A stretch of 64,000 nt of DNA, taken from positions 305,021 to 369,020 of the forward strand of contig NMRA01000254.1 of NCBI GenBank assembly GCA_002633005.1, read 5' to 3'. Below the pieces are notes generated by a model. That model saw only the letters and a program-made list of their open reading frames with translations. It was not told the DNA's origin and ran no database searches. Origin of the DNA: Phoronis australis (lineage: Eukaryota > Animalia > Phoronida). Shown here in pieces: positions 26,280 to 37,575 of this stretch. Positions within the stretch are counted from its first letter, which is position 1, and each line of letters opens with the position of its first letter. The translations under genes were made by a program, and so were the position numbers.

Positions 26280-26633
26280 ATTTGCAAGAGGTCGACCACT
26301 TTTTCACAGAGCTTGCACCGGGATCATTCATTTAGTATCCGTAGTGTTGGTTAACACTCGACACAACTATGCCCTGTTCCGGAAGTGATGTTTAGAGGGT
26401 TTGAATTTCCAGCCATTTTGTTTTCACATAGTGGATGTGAATAATGATATGCAAAACTTAATGCCCAAATAATCCCTCATTAATAGCGTAATGGAATGGA
26501 TTTTGCATCAAGCGCTGTGTCGCCATTCATTCCATACTTTAGAGATATCTGCCTTTTTCTGTCGCGTCCCCATAGAGTTCAGTGTAAAAATCGACTTATT
26601 TACCTCGTATTCCACGCTCTCCTTCTCATAATA

Positions 26634-26782
26634 CAGTGGCGGACTTAGGGGGCGGGGCAAGGGGGCGCCTAAAATTCTCCCATATATCATTTGGCAGTTC
26701 GGGGGTACGAATGTCTGAAGGCAAAATCCTGGCTAATACTCTGCCCAGCCCCTTCTAACTCCAGATCCTGGATCCGTCCCTG
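26634..26782. mobile_element. Short GC-rich MITE
   Basis: cagtggcggact...ggatccgtccctg TIRs; internal sequence shared with ~58620-58733. Confidence 0.6.
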
Positions 26783-26846
26783 TAATCCGTATGGCTTGCC
26801 CAGATGACATCGTGCACTGTACCCCAAAATTAACCTGTTGTTTCAG

Positions 26847-26906
26847 TGTTGTTCGGATTTTCTTTTTGTATTTGGACAAAACACGTCGATGGATGGTCTC
26901 CCTATG
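26847..26906 (+). CDS. Mosaic receptor exon: signal-peptide second half
   Basis: tgtttcAG...g|GTAAGT, phase 1/1, 60 nt; LFGFSFCIWTKHVDG-WSPY with V-x-G cleavage-like site; runs in frame into VDLAYGRPT. Confidence 0.65.
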
Positions 26907-27127
26907 GTAAGTATTCACTTAGCAGACACAGTGCAATATACATACGTGTATGTAGGAAAGTATTCTATGGATCATTGCCAAGGATTTTCAATGCAAAACG
27001 TGAAATTAATGCAGTTTACATGCTAAGAATTGTACAACAACACTTGGCTTACTTCAAAATCTAACTGCTTCCTGGTGGTTTGTAATTGGCCCAATTATTT
27101 TGCACACCCAGCAGATGCCAACATTAA

Positions 27128-28142
27128 AGGCGAAGGCAACCTTTTTCCATGTCATTTTGAGCTAAAATAAGGTCGGTTATCCTAGACATATTTTCTACTT
27201 AATTACAGCTTTTCGTAATTTTGTTAATTACTCGTCCGCTACTCCGGAAGTGACGTTTTAGGAGGCAAGCATTTCGCGCCAATTTCTTTTCATACAGTCT
27301 GACTGTGAGAGCTGCCGAGTCAGTCATTGTTCTACCTCGGTTGTGTTAAGTTCCGTTGTCGTTTGCTTTCATTTACTAGTGAGTCAACATGCCACACTGT
27401 TGCTGCGTACCAGGATGTACTAATTATCGGCTCACGCGCGCTTTGGGAGTACCTTTGCATCGCTTTCCGATGGATGACACACTTCGCCGTACTTGGCTCG
27501 TTCGTGTGAAGAACGTAGCGTTACCCGTCCACGCAACGTNACAAGCATTCCATTGAGGTAGGCATAACAACGCACACAGCGCATTTGCACCAAGATGTGT
27601 CACCACGTCTGTCCTAAGTAGCCGCCTCGTTTCTCTCAACAGATGCCTGTGCCTGTGCGTATTCTGCCTCGTTATACTCGGGCTCAAACATGTACCCACC
27701 CACTGAATGTCCGTGAAAAAATTCCTCGTCACCACTGCTGTGAACAAGGTCTCCGTTACTTACACTACTGTCACTGTAATACGGGTCACCGACTCCAGCC
27801 ATTTTCAACTTACAACACACTAAACAATCCCTAAATCCAACGTACATGTAGTTGAGTTCTCTACTAACCTATCTTGCCGCAGAATACTCGCCGATGGGAA
27901 GTGATGGCGACAATTGTTGAAAAACAGCACAAAACAAAAGTAGAATAAAACAGATTCGCACGGTGAAGTGAACGCAAAACCAAGTGGCGGGAAACGCTTG
28001 CCTCCTAAAACGTCACTTCCGGAGTAGCGGACGAGTAATTTATAAAAATATGAAAAGCTGTAATTAAGTGGAAAATATGTCTAGGATAACCAACCAACCT
28101 TATTTTAGCTCAAAATGACATGGAAAAAGGTTGCCTTCGCCT
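27128..28142 (+). mobile_element. Kolobok family 1, copy 2
   Basis: TTAA TSD, ~150-bp TIRs, THAP start on +, convergent KolX-like start on - (GYMFEPEY...WCKC...MPTSMEC); single n at 27540. Confidence 0.9.
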
Positions 28143-29142
28143 TTAAATGAACGTTTTAGTTTGTAAATTCACGTTTCTTGTCCAATTTTCAAAATTCAAA
28201 AGCCTAGTCACGTGTACTTTTCACGAACTATTCAAATATGCTATTTACAAACTTTCAACGACGAAATTTAAAAATACTGTTGTCGCCCCAGTGTGCTTGT
28301 GATGGGTCTGTCTATCTCAAAAGCAATAACATCAGTAGCCTGATTCGATGTATTTGTCAACAACAGCATGGCGCCTTTGATCAATGCCGGCAGATTCCGG
28401 GGTACGCAAAGCGGTCCAGTTGCCCAATATCGTCCTGTTAGGGTGTCAAAGTAGATTCTATTCATGGGCAAGACCCGGGGTGCGTTCCGTAAATGCGAGA
28501 GTTTCAAGAAAACGCAAGAACACGCGGGAATTCGCGAGATCTAGCCACGTATTACACGTGAAACTCGTGATTAAACTAGATTCCCCATAAAATGCTCAAA
28601 AATGTTTCTGGGCTATATCTTGAGCTGGTTTTTCAATCACAAAAATATGTTACCTGTTAAACACTTTCAACCAGGCGTGAGAAGGATCTAATAAGCAATA
28701 ACCCGGTTTCACATTTAGTACTTGCGCTGTTCAAATCCATGAACGTTTTCTAGAATTTCATGATGGCGGCAGGCTTTCGGCATAACTTTCTCATTTGTTC
28801 AGTAACGCAAGTGCTCCTGTGTCCTGAGGTACTTGTGGCAAGCATCCCAGACAAAGGCCACGCCACAAAAAACACGCGAATTAACATTTTGTTTTCCCAC
28901 ATTTCAACATTCCGAGTTGGCTGTCCAATCACTTTGTTTCAGAGGCAGCCATATTGATTCGATTTTAATGCAACATACTGATACTTGCGAAACCCTAGCA
29001 AGACCTTACCTCCCACTTATTTGCGTGATAGTTGCGTGTTTTTAAATTTTCAATAAACTGGCACGACGGAACCCATGGCGAACTTTTTCCCATTGGAAGC
29101 GCTTGCACGAGATTAGTGTGGTTTGTATCGTTTGCTTCGAAG

Positions 29143-29418
29143 TCGACCTTGCCTATGGCCGCCCTACGCTGCAATCAGGAGAAACAGGTACCAACGGAAG
29201 GAAACCGCAAGGATGGGGAGGATCGCAACTGGCTGTGGACGGCAACGATAGTCCAGACTTCTCAGAAAACAGCTGCACCCATACACCAAGTGTTTCCCAT
29301 CCATTCTGGATAGTCGATGTTGGCGGGGGAGAACATGAGCAGCACCAAGAAGGAGAGGAACCTCGTTCTCGTTACTACCCGATAAAATATGTCATGATAA
29401 CAAACAGGCTTGCGGCTG
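29143..29418 (+). CDS. Mosaic receptor exon: F-type lectin domain, N-half
   Basis: DLAYGRPTLQS...LAVDGN...SCTHT...PFWIVDVG...VMITNR; AG/GTAGGT, phase 1/1. Confidence 0.88.
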
Positions 29419-31403
29419 GTAGGTGAAAGCATTCATAATATATGCGGGAGATTAAACTACCTTAGCTCCTATCTTTAATGGTAATACACGTGACTTTGGC
29501 TGCTACCGTATGCTTTAAGGACTGCTCTCAGCACACCAATGGCATTAATTGCCATATGTGATGATCCGTTTTCCTTATTCACTTACATTCGGCTACCATA
29601 CGTCACCGCAATAATCCTGACGTGGCCTTTTTTTCAGGCACCTATTAAACAAACCACCTGTCTTGTGTTCCTGCAGTGACGCTGTATGGCAAGAGGTGGC
29701 TTCTTTACTTTACACTTAAAGACGTATTTGCATGTTCCTAGTCATGCTCATGTATGGCAGAAACTGAACAACAATGCTCTTTTTACGTAAACTACGCTAA
29801 ACAACACGCAGTTGTGTNTCCTATCTTTAATGGTAATACACGTGACTTTGGCTGCTACCGTATGCTTTAAGGACCGCTCTCAGCACACCAATGGCATTAA
29901 TTGCCATATGTGATGATCCGTTTTCCTTATTCACTTACATTCGGCTACCATACGTCACCGCAATAATCCTGACGTGGCCTTTTATTCAGGCACCTATTAA
30001 ACAAACCACCTGTTTTGTGTTCCTGCAGTGACGCTGTATGGCAAGAGGTGGCTTCTTTACTTTACACTTAAAGACGTATTTGCATGTTCCTAGGCATGCT
30101 CATGTATGGCAGAAACTGAACAACAATGCTCTTTTTACGTAAACTACGCTAAACAACACGCAGTTGTGTTCATTGACATCTTGGAAACGTGAAAACAAAA
30201 AAAATTCTGAAAATAGGTGATCTCGTGGGGTCACATGGCCCGCATAATGAAATGTTATGCCTCAGTACCACTTCACGATACTTACTGGACACGGTTCTTT
30301 ACGCCAACTCATGACGGTTGAGATGGATGTTTAATGAATAACGCAGAACGCCTCAAAACAAAACACCGGCCTGCATCATTTTCAGTCGCGGTCCCGAGTC
30401 CCCTTATGTATGGGTAAGCAAAGTTTGAAACCCAATGATTTGCCATTCAATGAGAAAAAAATCAAATACGTATCGTTTTTGGTCATCGGACCACCAGATA
30501 GATTTTCAAAAAAGATACAAACCAGAACCAACTATGGTTTTTGCCTTGATTTACGTTTTCTTTCGTTACTATGTTATTGCTGGTAGTATACGGGGAGAAT
30601 AATACATCTAGAATAATATCAAACCGTTCAAAGGAGGCTTTAATTTAGGATTATAAATAACCTTATCTGTTGTCTGTGCATTTAGCCAAATCTCTCCTTT
30701 ATCATGTTATTTAACTCTGTAAAAGCTTATAATTATACAATCATGCACGTTTTCAATTGAAGTTGTAAACCTACACGTATACAAATGCTGCATAATACAT
30801 TTTTTTGCGATTAACAAGACCATGCAATTTCCTTAAAATTTAGCAAATATAAAGGAACATTCATAGCGGAACGATAATATCATTACCATGTCAAAAACTC
30901 CGACACAGATTTTCGTTTTCCTTTGATGGAAGACTTAATTTTTTCATAAAACCCTTAATGGTCATAGATTTGATGGCATGCAAAACAGATCTTGTGAAGG
31001 ATTTGAGAACAACGAGTAGATTATAGTATCAGAATATTTCATTCGAATCTGAGAAGCTAGTTTCGAGACATGATATTCCGAAACTAGACAAATTTTGGTC
31101 TTTTAAAGCCAAACTTAAGCGTCACCTAATCGTCTGTTATGTGTTTGAAGAAACAGTAAAGGTTTGCGATCACTTGTAAAGAACATGTTCTTTGTTGAAT
31201 GGTCAGCACTGTTTACACAAAACCTCGGGATCAAATGTTCTCTTTTGTCTTACTTCAGTGTTATTCTTGCCTCGGTCTAAAGGTACATGTAGGAGCGACC
31301 CTGTTTTATTTGATTTTAGTTTACCATAGTAACCGTCTTGAAACTTGCTTTATGTGGCAACAGTACCTTGAGTTGACAAAATTATTGTTTATTTGCAAAT
31401 AAG

Positions 31404-31610
31404 GTGAAAGACTGAAAAACTTCAAGGTAATCGTCTTTGAAGATAGCGCTCGCCATCTTTGCTATCACTTCCGCGGCGAATTTCCGGCAGGTGGCACGAG
31501 GTTACTGAGGTGCGCCGACGACATCCGCGGTCACTCCGTGCAGATCATGATTGCAGGGGATTCTAAAATACTAAGTCTGTGTCAAGTGGCTGTGTTCCAG
31601 GAATACCCAG
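31404..31610 (+). CDS. Mosaic receptor exon: F-type lectin domain, C-half
   Basis: GERLKNFKVIV...LCYHF...GGTRLLRCADDIRGHSVQI...LSLCQVAVF; AG/GTAGGG, phase 1/1; absent from the ORF track. Confidence 0.88.
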
Positions 31611-32009
31611 GTAGGGAAATATGAGCAAAAGTGCACTGCGTATATCCTGCCCAGATTATTAAACGTACTGTATGTAAAGGCAATCTACATGTACGATTCA
31701 TTATCTGGGCTGAGCAGCACATCGTGAAGACTATTATCTCCTTCACTCGCTAGGCGTCGTTCACGTACAGTGGCATTAGCTTTTAGCGAACAGGAGCAGC
31801 TGAATTTTGTGGGATCCTGAGCCTTTTTATAGTTAAGGGAAGCCATAACTCGACACTGGTTATCTAAAATCATCTTTAAGAATATTTGATAAGATTTCTG
31901 GGGTTGGATAGAACTGACAGTAGGTTGTTAATTGGTTTTTGTGACTTTATAGACCGAGCATGACCTCAAGCATTCAGGAACTGTCGGTTATTTCTTTCAC
32001 TTTAGAAGT

Positions 32010-32230
32010 TACAGCGATGGTTAATCCCTTTACAAGATACAGCGATGATTAGTCTCTTTACAAGATACAGCGATGATTAGTCCCTTTACAAGATACAGGG
32101 ATGATTAGTCCCTTAACAAGATACAGCGATGATTAGTCCCTTAACAAGATACAGCGATTATTAGTCCCTTAACAAGATACAGCGATGATTAGTCCCTTAA
32201 CAAGATACAGCGATGATTAGTCCCTTTACA
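32010..32230. repeat. 28-bp minisatellite, ~8 copies
   Basis: Unit TACAGCGATGATTAGTCCCTT[T/A]ACAAGA, head-to-tail. Confidence 0.95.
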
Positions 32231-32653
32231 GAAGCCATTTTCGTGACATCACTGTTGAATGTTTCTCAAATATATTTTACCAAACTGAGTTGCAAAACCC
32301 AGTAAAGGTTGTTGTTTTCGATAACTTGACGACAGTGGCGATAGCTTGAGCCCTCTTTAAAGGAACTTTATCGATTTCACTACAGGAACTCAAACGTTTG
32401 GGACTTTTCGGGACGTGAGCTATTTTTCGAGACGAGTTTTTCAGTTGTCCAATACAAATAATTGACTAAAGGACATTGTCCATTTTACGGCCGAAAATAA
32501 ATTTTAGGATTATTCTTGCCATTGTCTGTCAGGCATTTGCTGAAATCAAGCCAGGCGACTTCACTGGTTAAATGCGCTTAAAATACTCTGGCATTTATCA
32601 ATGAGGTTAAGCTCCGCCAGCATAATGTTTGACTACGACTGCGGGGGTTCCAG

Positions 32654-32791
32654 GGTTTAGTTCAATAATTGTCTCTTTTTCGAAAAAGTAGCCAAAGTCA
32701 CGTGCTCTCATTGGAAATGCACGGCGATATCGCGCGGAATCGCGCAAGATCTTGCTTTTCTAGCACGGCACTATCGTTAGTGAACTCTACC
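32654..32791. mobile_element. 138-bp Harbinger-type MITE (family B)
   Basis: Similar to 12549-12686; CAG target duplication. Confidence 0.72.
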
Positions 32792-32908
32792 CAGGTTCGA
32801 TTCCGCGCCGAGGCTGGTACAAGTGTACCTGTGCTTTTCTCGCCGATGATGTCCCTATAATGTGACACGATTGTTTTAATACTGCTCATTAAACGCTCTT
32901 TCTCCCAG

Positions 32909-33079
32909 GTTGTTGGGAAGCGGGTAAAGAAGAACCAAGCAAACCGGTGCACGTTGACTTCACGGGCAGAGACTGTCTCGATCATTGCAAACTGCCACAT
33001 CTTGGCGAACATCCTGCATGTCGCGTTGGAATCGATGGTCGAACGCAAATGAACAAGTGCACAATACCGCCGTGTATAA
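32909..33079 (+). CDS. Mosaic receptor exon: shortened kringle-like domain
   Basis: ctcccAG...a|GTACGT, phase 1/1; CWEAG...TGRDCLDHCKLP...HPAC...KCTIPPC with six Cys. Confidence 0.75.
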
Positions 33080-33311
33080 GTACGTATGCAATGAGAGTGT
33101 ACTATTCTGTTAAAGGTGAATGTCTGGTTAAACGGGATCAACTGGCTATTTTGGTTGTCAAGCCAAATGTCATCAGGAACCAATACAAGTTTATGTAAAT
33201 AAGACGACAGTAAACGAATTTCAAACCCAGAAGAACTTGAACACACAAGGATGTAAAACAGTGCTAAAATGCATCAAATGTGGCCCATTCTAATTCATTT
33301 GCATGCTTAAA

Positions 33312-33385
33312 TACACACATACATACATGTATATTCATGCATTCATACATACATACATACATACACACATACATACAAACATACA
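33312..33385. repeat. Imperfect (CATA)n microsatellite
   Basis: catacatacatac... runs. Confidence 0.85.
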
Positions 33386-33590
33386 TGCACAGATGCATAT
33401 GTATTTAAGTGTACATTGATATATGCATATACAATAAATATTTAGACAGACATCTAGTGAGGCTTTAATGAATGCTGTTCCGCTGATGAGGTTATTACCT
33501 TAGGACATCCGGTTTTACACGACAGTGCGTCACGAGTAGTGATATGAAGCAATAACGTAACACTATTTGTTCCCTTTTGTACTCCCATAG

Positions 33591-33596
33591 GAGCCC
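33591..33596 (+). CDS. Candidate 6-nt microexon of mosaic receptor
   Basis: ttcccttttgtactcccatAG|GAGCCC|GTGAGT; frame-preserving, phase 1/1. Confidence 0.5.
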
Positions 33597-33878
33597 GTGA
33601 GTGTTTTTACGACTTCTTTTGAATTTGACCAGCTTGCCTGCCGAAGCAATATCGTTCTTCATAGACTATTTTGCGGTTCTACGACAACGTCATCATTTTA
33701 TCCTTCGCTTGAAAGGAGACCGTGACAAGCAACATCTTCCCACGCATGCCGAGAATGAAACCATTCCTAACATAGGCAGAGAATAAGACGAGGCCTATTC
33801 TAAACCGGTAGCTGGTTTAAACCAGAAATGAATTTTGATAGGGAGGTGCGGGTTAATTTCCCCTTTTACTGTTCACAG

Positions 33879-34064
33879 ACGATTTTGAACCAGTATTAGA
33901 ATGGAGCGAGTGGACACGCTGCTCGGAAACGTGTGGCAAGGATAGCTACAGGTTGAAGCTGCTGAAAAGATGCCATCGACCAAGGTATAGCGGAACCCCT
34001 TGTCCGTCAAAGGCCGCAGTCGGCAACATAACAGAAAAATGTGTTGTTCGTAAATGCACACTTA
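33879..34064 (+). CDS. Mosaic receptor exon: thrombospondin type-1 domain
   Basis: ttcacAG...a|GTAAGT, phase 1/1; WSEWTRCSETCG...RC..PRYSGTPC...EKC...C; absent from the ORF track. Confidence 0.9.
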
Positions 34065-34574
34065 GTAAGTAGCCTATATGTGAACCCTCTAGGTTGGGTG
34101 GCGTTACCTTGACAGTGTGACGCAGTTTTTGCAATACAGCCTCTTTTACAACCGCATTTCCTGAACGTTCCGCGTTCGAATTGTTTCACTGAATACTAAA
34201 GTTCTATTGCCCGCCTAATCTGGACCAGTTCGTGTATGCCAACAAAACTACTTATGAGGCATCACACACCTGACACACATTAAGTAGAAACCCCGTGAAT
34301 AGGAGGAGACTAGGGAGCTGCTTGATATTTCTGATTTGGGTGCAGCACTTAATGTCTTTACACCTCTCGACCACTGTGAACCGACCAAGGTCATTCCCAA
34401 AAACGCAAGTGGACTCGTGTGCCGTGTCGCACGTTTTGATTATCCCCCTTTTCCGGAAGAGAGTTTATGCACGCATACACGTTAGTTATTTAATCCTTCC
34501 AAATAAAAAAATATTCTTCCTAAAAGTAATTGATGATGACTAGGAGTTGATCACTCGTAGTTCTTTCGCTGTAG

Positions 34575-34952
34575 GACATGGCGTGAAACTAAAACTGAAG
34601 ACGGTTAAGTTGTTCGCCAGAGAAAACTTCCCCGTCACTTTGCAGTGCAATTACACTGTGGACGAAAGTTTTGTCGTGACTGGTGTGAGATGGTGGAAAA
34701 GCACACAAGATGCTTCTAGTATGACGAAATTCTTCGAGAAAACATGGAGTGGCGGAAGCCCACACGCCACCGGCAGCATACACACCGGAGATGGTGAATT
34801 TCTAGGAAGTGCGCAGCTTCCAAACGGAGTTGCTGGATACAGGATTTTCAGTGTAAGAAAGGAGGACGAAGGAAGATACAAATGCGCAGTTGAAGCAACA
34901 TCTGGAAAAGATGACGGAGAGGTGTCAGCTGAAATAGACTTGAGAGTCAGTA
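34575..34952 (+). CDS. Mosaic receptor exon: Ig domain A1 (V-like)
   Basis: VTLQCNY...VRWWK...DEGRYKCAV; AG/GTAAGT, phase 1/1. Confidence 0.92.
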
Positions 34953-35016
34953 GTAAGTCCATATTTGTTTACAATCCAACGTATTGCTTCAGTTTAGCTA
35001 CAGTGTAGAACATCAG

Positions 35017-35369
35017 TGTACTCACGATCGACATCGTATGCACAATCGACACCCTGTTTTTACCCGTTATATTGAATTCCGTACAAGTCTTGGACACAAA
35101 GAACCGCGTGCGCGCCATCTTGCTTACTGAATCGCGCGTGCGCAAAATCTTGTTTTCATGAACGCGGGGTTGAAGTTGAAGTTGTAGAGGTAGCAGACGA
35201 CTTGTATGTTTCCATTTTTCATCTTTGAAGAAATTGTAAATTTAAAGCAGAACATTAAATAGTACTGAAAATTCCTATGTAAATTTAATTTAATTGAATA
35301 ACTACTCGTCAGGAAATCATTACGTGCTTCAGGAAACGATGAGGTCTGTGATGTCGATCATGGGTACAC
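35017..35369. mobile_element. MITE
   Basis: TIRs tgtactcacgatcgacatc / gatgtcgatcatgggtaca; internal part recurs inverted at ~22165-22275. Confidence 0.6.
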
Positions 35370-36501
35370 ATTTTTGTGAACCAAGGGAGTTGTCTCCTAT
35401 CTCTTGACCTATTAACACTTAGCTGACGCTATTTGAAAGCCCAACAAAGTATGTATCATTACATCAAGTAAGCTTTTCCAGAAATACCATGGAATGTTCA
35501 CGGAAGTGAAAAATACGGTAAAAGGCTGTTCAAGATAGGCACATCTTTGCCAAGTCTTGACTGGATTTCTCACAATCAAGTATTATGACCATAGTTCTAA
35601 CCTCACCAGTTGCACTTCTTTGACAATGTTAAGTAAATTGTCTTTTCTTACAATCGATAGACGTACTAATTCTATCGAAAGAGAAGCTAACTTTATGCTT
35701 TGAAAGTGTTGACGTGACTGCACGCTACCAAAAATTTATTCCTGTCTGTGAAATGTAGCATGAACGTGATGAATAAATGACCAAACACAGGGCGTAAACT
35801 TACTAAGTAGCGTTCTCACAGCTTATGCCAGGTATTTTCCTTCGAAAGAGTTGTCTTTTTACGAGAAAAGCATGACGTATTCAATGTGTCACGGAACCTC
35901 CTACATGTTTTTGCTACTTGTATCTTCAGGAACCAAAGTACCAAAGTAGGGAGCAGTTTGTGGTTGATGAGCTCAACTTTATATTACAACGTGTTGCTTG
36001 CAGACAACTTGTAGGATTCTTTTTATTATCACACCCGAAACACGTTAAAATATGCGAAAATAGTTTTTCTTTTCTGGCAATGTCTTTCTGGTAAAATTAA
36101 AACGTCCATCGATAGAGATAGTGACCGCACCGATAGAGATAGAAGTACGCCGATAGGGACAGTGGTAATTAAGCCGATGATTTGTCTGTCGATAAATGTA
36201 GTGACTGTACTTTTAGAAATTGTTAGAAGATAGCACTAACAAAAGAGTTCACGTGTTCACCTGAATAAATGTTGTTAACGAGAACGCCTCTGCAGTTTGC
36301 CACAAATGAGGACAAACTGTATTTGGAGACCGATCAGAAAGAAATTTCAAATCATAGTTTCGTGCCCTTTATGATTAATGAATTATTAGAAGGCCTACAG
36401 TTTGTAGATTGCAGTGTTGTTCGTTTCGACAAGATGCAGGTCTCACTTCCATCTGTTTCCATGTAGAAGTGTTCAACCTTAAACATGACTACCATTCGAA
36501 G

Positions 36502-36846
36502 GTCCACTTGTGATCAGTCTCCCTCGAGAGACGTTTGCTTACGACAACACTACAGTCAAAGTTGAGTGTCGCGTCTCCAGCATTGCTAAGGAATTTCCCA
36601 TTACTCGGGTGGAATGGTTCTTCAACGGTCACAAAACCGTATCATACAATGTACGGCACGACAGAGAATCACCGGATGTAGGAGGTCGACTGAAATGGAG
36701 ATTCTCAAAAACCAGCCTGACCAAAGTTGAAAGCAAGTTATTTCTTGACCAAGTAAACCAACAAGACCTGCTCTCGAACATCACCTGTGCTGCTAAAGCA
36801 CAGGGCGACTGGTTCGCCAATGCGGTCTCGTTCCTTTATGTAGGTG
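36502..36846 (+). CDS. Mosaic receptor exon: Ig domain B1
   Basis: VECRV...VEWFFNG...ITCAAKAQGDW...LYVG; AG/GTAAGT, phase 1/1. Confidence 0.9.
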
Positions 36847-37169
36847 GTAAGTGATGGTGATTTATGGAAAGTTTAACCACTTCATCCATTGGACTATTGA
36901 AAATGAATAGACATACTGTATTTCAGATTGACCTATTACTATTTTAAGTGCATAGGTTACGATCACATTTAATGTGATTCTATAATAAATAAGTCGACAC
37001 AATGTTTACAACGTAGAACAAGAAAAATGCACTAAATGATAATTATTTGACATGAATCAACTAAAGGCAGACTAACAAAAATATGATGCACCAAACAAAC
37101 CTGACCTTTGTTTGTTTTAGATTGCGTTGAATGAAAAGCATATAAGTTATATTTGTCATTTATTCCAAG

Positions 37170-37559
37170 GCCTTTCAAATTCAGTAACCGTTCAGCCTTC
37201 TCGCGTCTACACCAAGCCAGGAGCTAGTGTTATTTTGCCGTGTCGGTATAGCGTAGAATCTGGCTTCATGGTAAGATCCTTGGAGTGGAGGGAACACCCT
37301 GGTGATAGTGCTCTTTTCAAACAAGAGTGGATTCGTGACATGGCGATTGCCTGGTGGCGTGATAACCTGCATTTTAGCGACAGTGCTTACCACACTGACT
37401 TTGGAGAGTTCTTGGGAAACAAAAAGAAGCCGCTAGGAAGGGCTAACCTCAGGCTATTTAAAGTGAGGAAAGGTGGCAAATATTCATGCATCATGAAGGT
37501 TCGCTCGTCAACAGGGGAAGACAAAGCATACGATGATGACATTGACGTTATTTTGGGCA
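37170..37559 (+). CDS. Mosaic receptor exon: Ig domain A2 (V-like)
   Basis: VILPCRY...LEWR...GEFLG...GKYSCIM; AG/GTGAGT, phase 1/1. Confidence 0.92.
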
Positions 37560-37575
37560 GTGAGTAGTTAATTAA

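Noticed and set aside
28760-28828. MMAAGFRHNFLICSVTQVLLCPE as receptor signal-peptide exon
   Set aside because: Available donors are phase 0, while the lectin exon needs phase 1; 26847-26906 fits better.
29467-30169. ~350-bp near-perfect tandem duplication
   Set aside because: Copies are separated by a single n (29818) and differ by a few SNPs, typical of unmerged allelic contig overlap.
32010-32230. 28-bp repeats of CRISPR-like length
   Set aside because: No spacers, head-to-tail, eukaryotic intron, no cas genes.
32620-32815. tRNA gene (GGTTCGATTCC B-box)
   Set aside because: No cloverleaf or clear A-box and interrupted by a MITE; at most a decayed SINE head.
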